NCBI GenBank assembly: GCA_965262815.1
Contig: OZ253560.1
Location: 2,547,287 to 2,611,286, forward strand
Reading direction: 5' to 3'
Source: a bacterium
Lineage (GTDB): Bacteria > JAAXHH01
DNA: 64,000 nt
Under the pieces are notes generated by a model. That model had not been told where the DNA came from. It ran no database searches and was given only the letters and a program-made list of their open reading frames with translations. Below, one piece after another: positions 29,428 to 39,100 of the stretch. Numbering within the stretch: the stretch's first letter is position 1; every line of letters begins with the position of its first letter. A program made the position numbers and the translations under genes.

Positions 29428-31644
29428 ATGAACCAGGCAACACCCTTCAGGAAAGACCTCGTACTGGTTGGCGGGGGCCACTCGCACGTGCAGGTGGTCA
29501 GGATGCTGACCATGAAGAAAGCCCTGCGGGGCATTCGCGTTACGCTCATTTCGGACGAATCCAGCGTCTGCTATTCCGGCATGCTCCCCGGTTGCCTGGC
29601 CGGCCTGTACCGTCCCGATGAAATGGAAATGGAGTTGAGACCGCTGTGCGCATGGGCGGGAATCCGGTTCATCCGTGCAAGGGTGGCTGGCCTGGATCCG
29701 GCGATCCAGCAGGTTCTCTTCGACGATGGCCGCCCACCCCTCGCCTACGACGCGCTTTCGATCAACATCGGTTCGACTCCCAGGGGAATGGATACTCCCG
29801 GCGTGCGCGGACACGCCGTACCCACGAGGCCCCTTGGCCTGCTCCTGAAACGGGTTCACCAGTTCGAGAAAAACCATCGCGCCGATGGCCAACCGCTTCG
29901 GATCGTCATCGCGGGCGGAGGAGCAGCAGGGGTGGAACTGGCGTTCGCCATGCACTCCAGGTGGGGAGACCGTTTCGCTCCCGTCCGTATCACGCTCGTG
30001 GAATCGAATGCCATTCTGCTTAACGGACATCAGCCCCGGGTCGCCAGGATAACAGGGCGGTACCTGGAAGCGAAGGGGATCACCTGCCTGACCGGCCTCC
30101 GGGTTTCCCGCGTGGATGAAACCGGTGTCCATTTCGAGGAACATCCTTCGATACCTTGCGATTTCCTGCTTTGGGCGACGGGCGGCGCGCCGCCCGATCT
30201 CTTAAGGCAGACGAACCTGGAAACCAGCGAGACCGGCTTCATCCGGGTTCGACCCACACTACAGGTCATGGACTACGAAAATGTATTCGCAGCCGGCGAC
30301 TGCATCGAATTCGAATCCCGGCCCTTGCCAAAATCGGGCGTGTACGCGGTGCGGGAAGGTCCGGTTCTCGCCCGGAATATCCATGCCTTCCTGGAAAACA
30401 GGCCACTGGTCGCCTACAAACCCCAGGCATCGGCGCTCGCATTGCTGATGACCGGCACGCGGAACGCCGTCGCAAGCCGGCGACACACCGCCTTCCACGG
30501 ACCCTGGGTCTGGCGCTTGAAGGATTGGATAGACCGCCGGTGGATGAGGAAGTTCGACCCTTCCCTGCTCCCGCCCATGTCCCCGGCCGGCGATCCCGAT
30601 CCCGCCAAGGAAGATGCGGAAGAAGCAGCCATGCGTTGCGCCGGGTGCGGCGCCAAGGTCGGATCGACCGTGTTGACCGGCGTGCTCGATGAACTGGAGG
30701 TGTACTCCCGCGAAGATGTCCGGATCAGCCTGCATGACGCCGACGACGCGGCGCTCCTGGAGCTACCCCCGGGACGGCGGCTGGTTCAGACCGTGGACGG
30801 ATTCCGCGCTTTCACCGGCGACCTTCACCTGTTCGGTCGCATCGCGCTGGTCCACGCCGCTTCGGACCTGTATGCCATGGGCGCCGAACCCCATTCCGCC
30901 CTGGTCACCGTCACCCTCCCCTACGCGGAAAAAAACCTCGTGGCGAACGATCTGAGGCAGCTCATGGGCGGCATAGCGGAAGAAGCGCGGAGACTGCGGA
31001 TCACCCTCCTCGGCGGGCATACAAGCGAAGGATCGGAGTCTGCCGTCAGCGTGACTATGAACGGGCTGACCGATAGCGACTCCGTTTTCAGGAAGGGAGG
31101 ATTGATGCCTCGCGACGGACTCATCCTTACCAAGCCTCTCGGTACGGGGGCCATCCTCGCGGCCGATATGCACCTGAAGGCGAAGGGCACCTGGGTCGAC
31201 GAGGTCTTTGAAGGCATGCTGCAGTCCAACGCCGAAGCGGCGCAGATTCTCGCACAGGCCGGGATACCATCCGTCACCGACGTGACCGGCTTCGGACTGG
31301 CCGGCCACCTGGCTGAAATGCTCGAAGCCAGCGGCACCGGCGCGGAGATCGAAATCGACCGGATACCATGCTACAGCGGCACCGAGCGGTGTATTGCCGC
31401 AGGCGTGGAAAGCACCCTGGCGCCGTCCAACCGGGAACATCTGCAGAAGAGGTGGAAAGTGGAGGTGGACCCCGGCGCGGCGGACGCCATCCTCTACGAC
31501 CCCCAGACGTCGGGCGGTCTCCTGGCGGGCATACCCCCTTCCGGCATCGAAGAAGTAACCCGGAAACTCCAGGATGCCGGGTACGAAAAGGCGTCCCTGA
31601 TCGGCCGGGTGACCGATCATAAAAGAAGCCTTAAAATAAGTTAA
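29428..31644 (+). CDS. selD: bifunctional FAD-dependent pyridine-nucleotide-disulfide oxidoreductase (NDH-II-like) / selenide, water dikinase
   Basis: N-terminus LVLVGGGHSHVQVV (FAD Rossmann) plus a second GGGAAGVE dinucleotide fold. C-terminal half is AIR-synthase-related SelD with the active-site region MRCAGCGAKVGS (Cys, not Sec). Confidence 0.8.
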   Translation: MNQATPFRKDLVLVGGGHSHVQVVRMLTMKKALRGIRVTLISDESSVCYSGMLPGCLAGLYRPDEMEMELRPLCAWAGIRFIRARVAGLDPAIQQVLFDDGRPPLAYDALSINIGSTPRGMDTPGVRGHAVPTRPLGLLLKRVHQFEKNHRADGQPLRIVIAGGGAAGVELAFAMHSRWGDRFAPVRITLVESNAILLNGHQPRVARITGRYLEAKGITCLTGLRVSRVDETGVHFEEHPSIPCDFLLWATGGAPPDLLRQTNLETSETGFIRVRPTLQVMDYENVFAAGDCIEFESRPLPKSGVYAVREGPVLARNIHAFLENRPLVAYKPQASALALLMTGTRNAVASRRHTAFHGPWVWRLKDWIDRRWMRKFDPSLLPPMSPAGDPDPAKEDAEEAAMRCAGCGAKVGSTVLTGVLDELEVYSREDVRISLHDADDAALLELPPGRRLVQTVDGFRAFTGDLHLFGRIALVHAASDLYAMGAEPHSALVTVTLPYAEKNLVANDLRQLMGGIAEEARRLRITLLGGHTSEGSESAVSVTMNGLTDSDSVFRKGGLMPRDGLILTKPLGTGAILAADMHLKAKGTWVDEVFEGMLQSNAEAAQILAQAGIPSVTDVTGFGLAGHLAEMLEASGTGAEIEIDRIPCYSGTERCIAAGVESTLAPSNREHLQKRWKVEVDPGAADAILYDPQTSGGLLAGIPPSGIEEVTRKLQDAGYEKASLIGRVTDHKRSLKIS

Positions 31645-31680
31645 GCGGGTATGTGGACAGCGATATGGGTGTCCGGACAG

Positions 31681-31720
31681 GGCTGGACCGCGCTGGACCG
31701 GGCTGGACCGCGCTGGACCG
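31681..31720. repeat. 4x tandem 10-bp period repeat (GCTGGACCG core)
   Basis: ggctggaccg cgctggaccg ggctggaccg cgctggaccg, located between the convergent selD fusion and the quinone oxidoreductase. Confidence 0.9.
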
Positions 31721-31728
31721 GCAGAACC

Positions 31729-32736
31729 TCAGGGCAATGAACAGACGATTTTGCCGAAGTGGCGCTGGGATTCGAGATAGTCGTACGCGGCCGGTATTTC
31801 CCCAAAGGGAAAGACGCGATCGATACAGGGCCTGAGCGCCGACGCTTCGCAGGCCCGGACCAGGTCGCGCAGATCCTCAGTGGAGGACGTGTATATCCCG
31901 CGGACCTGGATCTGCCTGCCGATGATATCGAAGGGATTGAGGCGCGTTTCGAAACCGTCCAGGATGCCCACGAGGGATACACGGGCGTGAAGCGCGCAGG
32001 CTTTCAGGGAATCCGCGAAGGTCTGGCCGCCCGCCACATCCACGACCAGGTCGACACCGGAACCATCCGTGTAAGACCGGACCTGATCGGGCCAGTCCTT
32101 GTCCCGGTAGTCGAAAGTTTCCAGCACACCGTACGCTTCCTTCATTCGAATGCCCTTTTCCTTGGACGACGTGGTCAACAGCGTACGCGCCCCCACGATC
32201 TTTGCGATCTGGGCGGCGAACACGGATACCCCGCCCGTGCCGTGGAGCAGGACCCACTCGCCGGCGCACACATCTCCTCTAGAAATGACGGAAGCCCAGG
32301 CGGTCAGGCCGGCGATGGGCAGCGTGGCGCCTTCGTCGTAGGAGAAGTGAGTGGGCATTCGAACGAGTGCGTCCGCGGGATACAGCACCTTTTCACACAG
32401 GACGCCGTCCACGCCCCCCGCTCCGACCAGGGTTTTCATCTGGTCCGGCGAGAGTCTTCCTGCCGGCCAGTGGAGGAACGGCGCGTTTATGACCCGGTCG
32501 CCCGGCTGGATATCCACGACGCCCGGTCCCGTTTTCAGAACGTCGCCCGCCATATCGGAGCCAGCGACGAAAGTGCCTTCGAAGGACCGGCCGTAACGAC
32601 CTCTCGCAACCATCAGGTCCCGGTAATTGAGCGACACGGAACGTACCTTCACGAGCGCTTCGCCGGGTCCGGGTTCTCCCGGGCCTGGTATATTCGCCTG
32701 GCGAAGTCGGTTGTTATCGATAACGTATGCCTGCAT
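31729..32736 (-). CDS. NADPH:quinone oxidoreductase / zinc-type alcohol dehydrogenase-like (MDR family)
   Basis: 335 aa with an MDR fold (…LVKVRSVSLNYRDLM… / …GTGGVSVFAAQIAK…). Confidence 0.7.
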   Translation of the reverse strand: MQAYVIDNNRLRQANIPGPGEPGPGEALVKVRSVSLNYRDLMVARGRYGRSFEGTFVAGSDMAGDVLKTGPGVVDIQPGDRVINAPFLHWPAGRLSPDQMKTLVGAGGVDGVLCEKVLYPADALVRMPTHFSYDEGATLPIAGLTAWASVISRGDVCAGEWVLLHGTGGVSVFAAQIAKIVGARTLLTTSSKEKGIRMKEAYGVLETFDYRDKDWPDQVRSYTDGSGVDLVVDVAGGQTFADSLKACALHARVSLVGILDGFETRLNPFDIIGRQIQVRGIYTSSTEDLRDLVRACEASALRPCIDRVFPFGEIPAAYDYLESQRHFGKIVCSLP

Positions 32737-32982
32737 GGTTTCATTCCTTCCGTACTGTTTTAAACCTATATCAGATTACAAGTACAATGCCCGATACCAA
32801 TTTTCCATACGGCAACTAAAATGGCAATTGATAATTACGGTGGATATTCGTATGCTAAATAGGTCTTTTGCCTGCACGAACAGGTAATGAGGATCAGGTA
32901 GTGGATTACTGGCGGAGACCTATTGAGGAGACCGCATACAGACGGGGTAGATAGGCGCGGCAGCAGAGAGGATCGACAGGAA

Positions 32983-33588
32983 ATGGAAGACATCCGAATT
33001 TACTTTATCGGCGATTCCTACGTGAACGGTACGGGCGACCCCGAGTATCTTGGATGGCCGGGACGAGTTTGTGCCGCATCGAAGTCCGATGATGCCTCAA
33101 TCACCTCCTACAACCTGGGCATTCGCGCCGATACGAGCGAGGACGTGCTCCGTCGCTGGGAGCGTGAGGTAGAGGCCAGGCGGCTGAAGCCCCACGACGG
33201 CCGGATCGTGTTCGGCTTCGGTGCGAATGACTGCTGGATAGAGGACGGGAAGACTCGCGTGGCCCGGGCGGATACGGTGCGCAATACCGAAGAGATTCTT
33301 ACGAGCGCACAGTCGCTTTTTCCGACGTTGATGATCGGTCCGCCACCCGGTATCGACGAAAGCGAGGACGCCCGGCGGGCGGACATGTCGGCGCTGCTTG
33401 GCACGATTGCCGGAAGGGCCGGTGTGCCCTATCTCGAGGTGATCCATGCGCTGCGCGTCGGCGGGGTCTGGCAAAGTGAGGCGGCCCTCGGCGACCGCAT
33501 TCATCCGGCTGACGGTGGATATTCCGCGATGGCAGATCTGGTGCTCGATTGGCCCCAGTGGTGGTTTCACGAGACGCAGAGGAGGTAA
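32983..33588 (+). CDS. SGNH/GDSL hydrolase family protein
   Basis: Block I FIGDSYVNG (GDS motif) and block V DRIHPADGG (DxxH). Start chosen at Met21 of the listed ORF. Confidence 0.65.
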   Translation: MEDIRIYFIGDSYVNGTGDPEYLGWPGRVCAASKSDDASITSYNLGIRADTSEDVLRRWEREVEARRLKPHDGRIVFGFGANDCWIEDGKTRVARADTVRNTEEILTSAQSLFPTLMIGPPPGIDESEDARRADMSALLGTIAGRAGVPYLEVIHALRVGGVWQSEAALGDRIHPADGGYSAMADLVLDWPQWWFHETQRR

Positions 33589-33590
33589 CC

Positions 33591-34355
33591 GTGTCGTTGA
33601 CGCAGGCACAGGTAGATCAATTCACCGAACAGGGATTTCTACCCTATGAGGACATGCTGACCCCCCTTGAAGTAAAGGCGCTTCACCAGCGACTGGAAGA
33701 CATTGGAAACGAGGTGGTCGATTTCCCTTCGGAATACGTTCAGATTGAACCGCGGGTGGAGAACGGTGAAGTGCAGGCCGACCCCGTTCGCTTCAATAAC
33801 GTGCGCAAGATTTGGAACCTGACGAAATACGACCCGGTATTCATATCGTTGGCCAGGCATCCCAGCATACTTGGCGTAGTTCGAAGCCTGATCGGACCGG
33901 ATCTTAAAATCTACGTGGACCAGACGCTGTGCAAGCCGCCGAAGGTCGGTTCGGCAAAACCGCCGCACCAGGACTCTGCATACTGGACAACCATCGATCC
34001 ACCCAACCTCGTCATCTGCTGGATCGCCCTGGACGAGGCCACCAAGGATAACGGCTGCATGCGTTTCATTGCCGGATCCCACAAAGCGGGCGTCATCGAG
34101 CACAAACACCTCGAAGACTTTCGTGTGGAGGACGAACGGGTCGTTTATGAAAGAGAGGTGGCCGTCCCGCTCAGAGCGGGAAGCTGTTCGTTCCATCACA
34201 GCCTCGCCCTACATCGGACCGACGCCAATACCAGCAATGAACGGCGCATCGGTTTGACCGTAGCATACATGGACGCACGATCAAAGTTCATAGGAAGTGG
34301 CACTATGCCGGAGTACGACCTGGTATCAGGAAGGGCTTACGAGGGATGTGTGTAA
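33591..34355 (+). CDS. phytanoyl-CoA dioxygenase (PhyH) family protein
   Basis: PhyH-like fold (…PPHQDSAYW… / …FHHSLALHRT…). GTG start preceded by GAGGAGG 6 nt upstream. Abuts the stop of the SGNH hydrolase gene. Confidence 0.6.
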   Translation: MSLTQAQVDQFTEQGFLPYEDMLTPLEVKALHQRLEDIGNEVVDFPSEYVQIEPRVENGEVQADPVRFNNVRKIWNLTKYDPVFISLARHPSILGVVRSLIGPDLKIYVDQTLCKPPKVGSAKPPHQDSAYWTTIDPPNLVICWIALDEATKDNGCMRFIAGSHKAGVIEHKHLEDFRVEDERVVYEREVAVPLRAGSCSFHHSLALHRTDANTSNERRIGLTVAYMDARSKFIGSGTMPEYDLVSGRAYEGCV

Positions 34356-34455
34356 ACGAAGAACACGATCCAGTTGAAATGACGACATATAGTCTTTTCG
34401 AACTACTAAAATTATAAATAATACATCTCGTAATGAAATATAAATTATTAATACT

Positions 34456-35754
34456 ATGATACCTAGTACGATTCGTAATAAGTTAAACCTGAGTATCGCT
34501 CTGCCAGGGAGCAAATCCGTTACGCTCAGAAACCTGGTACTCGCCGCGCTGGCCGAGGGAACCACCGAGATTGTGGATCCGTGCGACTGCAATGACACCC
34601 GGGAGATGGTGGAATGCCTGGGAAACCTTGGTATATCCATCAAGGCTGGTGATGACTATCGCAAGGTAACCGTGGATGGGAGGGGCGGCCGTTTCGCGAA
34701 GGGTCCCGTTACCCTCGGCCTTGGACTCAGCGGCACATCCGCACGTTTCCTTATTGCCTTATCTGCCCTGAGAAATGACGTAACCCAGCTGGATGGACGC
34801 GGCAGCCTGAACGAAAGGCCAAACCTACCCTTGCTGGATGCCATCGAACAACTGGGAGGGGAAACGGTATCTTCCGACGGTGGATGTCTGCCAGTATCTG
34901 TCAGGGGACCCGAAAAGTTCGAACGGGCGGTCACGATGAAAGGCGATGTATCGAGCCAGTTCTTCTCTGCCCTGTTGCAGATCGCGCCGATGCTGCCCGA
35001 CGGTCTTGAAATATCCGTGGACGGTGAACTCGTCAGCCGGCCGTACATCGACATTACGCTCAACGAAATGCGCAAGTTTGGCGTCCGCGTAGTGAACGAC
35101 GCGTACGGTAAATTCACTGTGGCCAGGCAGAATTACCGCCCTGGTCTCCTGACGGTGGAAGGGGATGCATCAGCTGGTTCCTACTTCGCTGCCCTGGCCC
35201 TGATTCACGGCGGGAAGGTGATCTTCGAGAACCTTGGAGCGGATACCCGGCAGGGAGATATACGGTTCCTTTCGATATGTGAAAGGCTGGGAGCCCGCAT
35301 CCAGGTGGACGAAGATAGGACCGTTATCGAAGGACCGAATGATGGCTGTGTTTTACCGCCAGGTGGTGAAATAGACTGCGGAGACATTCCAGACGCGGCG
35401 TTGACCCTTATCGCGATCGCACCGCTGATACCCGGCACTACACGGATTACGGGCATCGGCACGCTCAAGAACAAGGAATGCGACCGGATCGAATCGCCAG
35501 CCGCGGAACTGCGGAAAATCGGAGTGGACGTGACGACCGGCGGCAACTACATCGAAGTATCGGAATTACCGGCAAGTGCGCTTAACGCTTCTGATATCAT
35601 CGACATCGAAACCTATCACGACCACCGCATGGCCATGAGCTTCGCCGTGCTGGGCACCTGCCTGGGGAACCTGAACATCCTCGACCCGGACGTTGTCGGG
35701 AAAACCTATCCGCAGTTTTGGGAGGATCTGGCTAGAATCAGAATATCGAAGTAA
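34456..35754 (+). CDS. aroA: 3-phosphoshikimate 1-carboxyvinyltransferase (EPSP synthase)
   Basis: 432 aa with the LPGSKS motif and two-domain EPSPS architecture. Preceded by a ~100-bp very AT-rich stretch and visibly lower GC than the upstream genes. Confidence 0.85.
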   Translation: MIPSTIRNKLNLSIALPGSKSVTLRNLVLAALAEGTTEIVDPCDCNDTREMVECLGNLGISIKAGDDYRKVTVDGRGGRFAKGPVTLGLGLSGTSARFLIALSALRNDVTQLDGRGSLNERPNLPLLDAIEQLGGETVSSDGGCLPVSVRGPEKFERAVTMKGDVSSQFFSALLQIAPMLPDGLEISVDGELVSRPYIDITLNEMRKFGVRVVNDAYGKFTVARQNYRPGLLTVEGDASAGSYFAALALIHGGKVIFENLGADTRQGDIRFLSICERLGARIQVDEDRTVIEGPNDGCVLPPGGEIDCGDIPDAALTLIAIAPLIPGTTRITGIGTLKNKECDRIESPAAELRKIGVDVTTGGNYIEVSELPASALNASDIIDIETYHDHRMAMSFAVLGTCLGNLNILDPDVVGKTYPQFWEDLARIRISK

Positions 35755-36101
35755 GTGTGTTCTCGATCATAAACAACCAAGTTTGTTACTGCAATCACCA
35801 GTAAATTAGCGGTATTGACGATACCAAACCTAAATCCTACTGACTTGCTAGAAAGTTAAGGCATACTGTGAGTCCCACGATAAATCCAAATGACTTGGTG
35901 CAATGCACATTGCACGATGGTACCGTCAGAGAGGCATTTCAGTGACTAAACAGATCGTTAGAAAAGCAACTAAAAGTGGATTCTTACCCCTCAACACTTG
36001 ATCTCACTTGATAGTAACAAGTGGATCGTCGTTGAAGGTGCATTGATTGACGAATTCCTAACTCAAGGAATCAGGGAAGCATTTATAGAATGTATTCCTT
36101 A

Positions 36102-39100
36102 TTATGATCCTCCTAGCGACTGATATACCCATCCGGGACGTCTTAGCAAGTTGAAAGTATCCAATGTTGTCGGGTTAAAGTCACGACAACTTGCTATCAC
36201 TTCCTCTAGCAATTCTACGGGATGTCTTAAATTCCATAGGGGATGGACCACTAAGACCAGCTTGTTGCCTACTTCCAAACCCGGAAGTAATCCGAAGTCA
36301 CGTGGCCTCGCGGAGAAAGACGTACAAAATGTATCCCGGAGCCTAGCAGCGTGTTCGCACCATCCTTCCAAATCAGGAACGGCGAATACCCCGTTTACAC
36401 CACAGTCAAAGCTGTCAGAATGTAGGCAACGCAACAATGAAACTCCGAGTCTCCAATCCAGCAATCCGTGATACCCCATGTTCCGGTAGTTCCTAAGGCA
36501 ATTGTAGCAAGATGAATCGCAGACCGACCTGTGATCACGGTGTAAGACTGAACCAGCAAAGCTGTCGGACTCGGCATCGGAATTCGTTACCAATGCCAGC
36601 AAGTCTTCCCAATTATCGTAAATGTAATTCGTGAATCCAGCGCCGTTGGCCAAGTGATCGCTAATTACAATTTCGCCTACTTTTGTCCCGTCTCCTAACT
36701 CGACCTGCCTCACGTTACTAATGTCAAACTCGTCGGGATCAATGTCGAGTTCTTCGGCGGCAATAGCTTTGAGAATGAAAGCTGCGGAATAGTAAGCGGC
36801 TTTTATTCCGACTGCTCCTACCGGATCCATCCAAAGACCCGGACGGACTGACTCAGGCCTGATGCGCAACACATCTGTGGATTTAGGCGAAACAATAGCA
36901 ATGGATTCAGTCTCGGTGGTCGTTGTGAAGTTTAGTTGGTCGGCCTCTTGGAACCGATTATCTATCCATTGATTCTCCAACCTTCGCCCGGTACTCCCGC
37001 GTTGTGCTGTACCAACCGCGCCTTTAAACAGGCGTCCTAGCCTATCGTTTACCCGGTACACTCGTCCCGATTTGGAAAAAGAGATCGCGCTATTGGTTCC
37101 AACCGATGCCATACAAGGAACCCCGTCCGATTCAGCGACCGTAGAGGCCCCGGTAGGTAGAAACTCGTCGTCCTCAACAGCATCACTCCCCGGACCAAGG
37201 CTTGCACGGAAAGCCAACGGTACCGCGAATTGGAATGTTCGAAAAGCTGGGTCATTCTCGTTTCCACATCCGCACTTGGGACAGGACTCATCTTGCGGGT
37301 TGTCGTCATACGTAGCAGTATAATGGCACTGTCCGCAACTTGACATCCATCTCCGTGGGGACAATGGATCGTTTGTACTTGTGCACCATCGGTTCTCCCT
37401 TCTTAACAGAGGAGCGGTGAAACCAATTGCCTGGTATACACGCTTATCTTTAGTTCTCTGGGAGCCGGGCGCGAACTCTGTAATGGCTAGGTCAAGGTCC
37501 CTGTGGGTTGTAAGGGCGTCTGTGCTACGCAACCCATGGTAAAATAGCCTGACACGAGAAGGCATACCGTACATGGGTAGAACTGCGTATTCAGCTAACC
37601 TTTCTGCCAAGCCGTCGCCTGTGATTTCAGGATTGGCACACGCTTCCCCAATTTTGATGCAAAGTTCATTCCTCGCATAATTTACAATGTCGCTTTTTCG
37701 AATAGTGCCCGCCACACCTGTACACAAGGCATCTGCGATTGACGTGACATCCGTCGCAGAAGAAAGCCAATTTTTGACTGATTCTCTCCTGTATTGGTCA
37801 TCAATCCAACCGGCTGTCATCCCGAACTCGCCATGACTATCAGGTGGACGCGGGCTTTCCCACCAGGGAACTCCGGCGGCATGGAATGCTCGTCGTAAGC
37901 ATTCCTTTGCCATAAGCCTCTGTGCAATGTCTAGACGCCCCATCGATAGGAAAGGTACTGGCGGAGGATCGCCCGTAATTCGCTCGGGATGGTGATAGTA
38001 GAATTCGTCATGGCTTCGGCCCCGACAGATGGTGAGCACAGTCGCGAAGGGTTGTCCCCGCCGACCAGCGCGTCCTGATCGTTGCTGATAGTTAAAGCGC
38101 ATTGGTGGCATATTCCCTTGTACGACAGCTTGGAGACTGCCAATGTCAACGCCAACCTCCATAGTCGTGGTCACACTGAGCATATCGATTGCATCTACTT
38201 CTCGCACAAGCGGGTGGTACGGATCGTTATTAAGATCTACAGTAATGTCGCGGAACAGACGTTGTCGCTCTGGCTGATTATCCGTTTGGGCAGTAAGTTC
38301 CTCGGCATGCAGGCGTATCGGTTGCCGTAACTGCACCGCTTCCTTCGCGTAGTAGTTCTGCAAGTGCAGGTCACAACAAGTAGTGTTCGGATCACCCGGC
38401 AGTATATCCTGGCAGAATTGGCTAGTACAGATTCCTGGATTATATAAATGGGGGCGTCGGCATCTCGTGCAACGCCATACTGGATCCGTAGGGAGCGCGA
38501 CACGGACCAGCAGTCGGCGCGGATTGATTTTGAAATGCGTATGGCCACCGATAAAGCAAATTGCATCCCGTACTGTTTCCAATAAAGCGTCTTCACCAAC
38601 ACCGTGTACGTTCGCGCACTTTCTGACATAATTACGAATACCAGCCCGAGCGGTTGTCCAGTTCGGCCAGTCATCAATGGGGTAGGCGCCTGGATCTACT
38701 TGTGGGTAGCGATACAAATCCCCTAGCATTCTAATCGTGCCGTTGAGAATGTCCACAAGTTGGCCTTTAGCCAAGTCACATTCACCAGCTTTTTGCTCCA
38801 TTACCGAGTCCGGTAGGTCCGACTTGGCATAACCGAGGCCTGCCGACTCGAACCCGAAATACAGTCTAGAAAACAACACAGAGCAGATTTCACTGGTTAC
38901 TTTAGCACGCAGTTTCTCGCGTCCCCTTGTACTTCCAGATGGTGACAGATCAGGTTTCCAGCCACCGCCAGGACGAGAGAAATCGAACAGGGTCGTCCAT
39001 TTTTGCCAAGCATCATCATATTTAAACTCTTGAAACAGTACGTTTTGACCAGCTGGATTAACGCCGAGAGTCTTCAAACGTTGGATTAATGCCCCAGTTC

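Noticed and set aside
35755-36101. Possible small gene or RNA in the AT-rich gap between convergent aroA and druE-like
   Set aside because: Only a 7-bp inverted repeat (GTGCAAT…ATTGCAC) without a T-run and no ORF with a plausible start or RBS. Most likely terminator or spacer DNA of the island.
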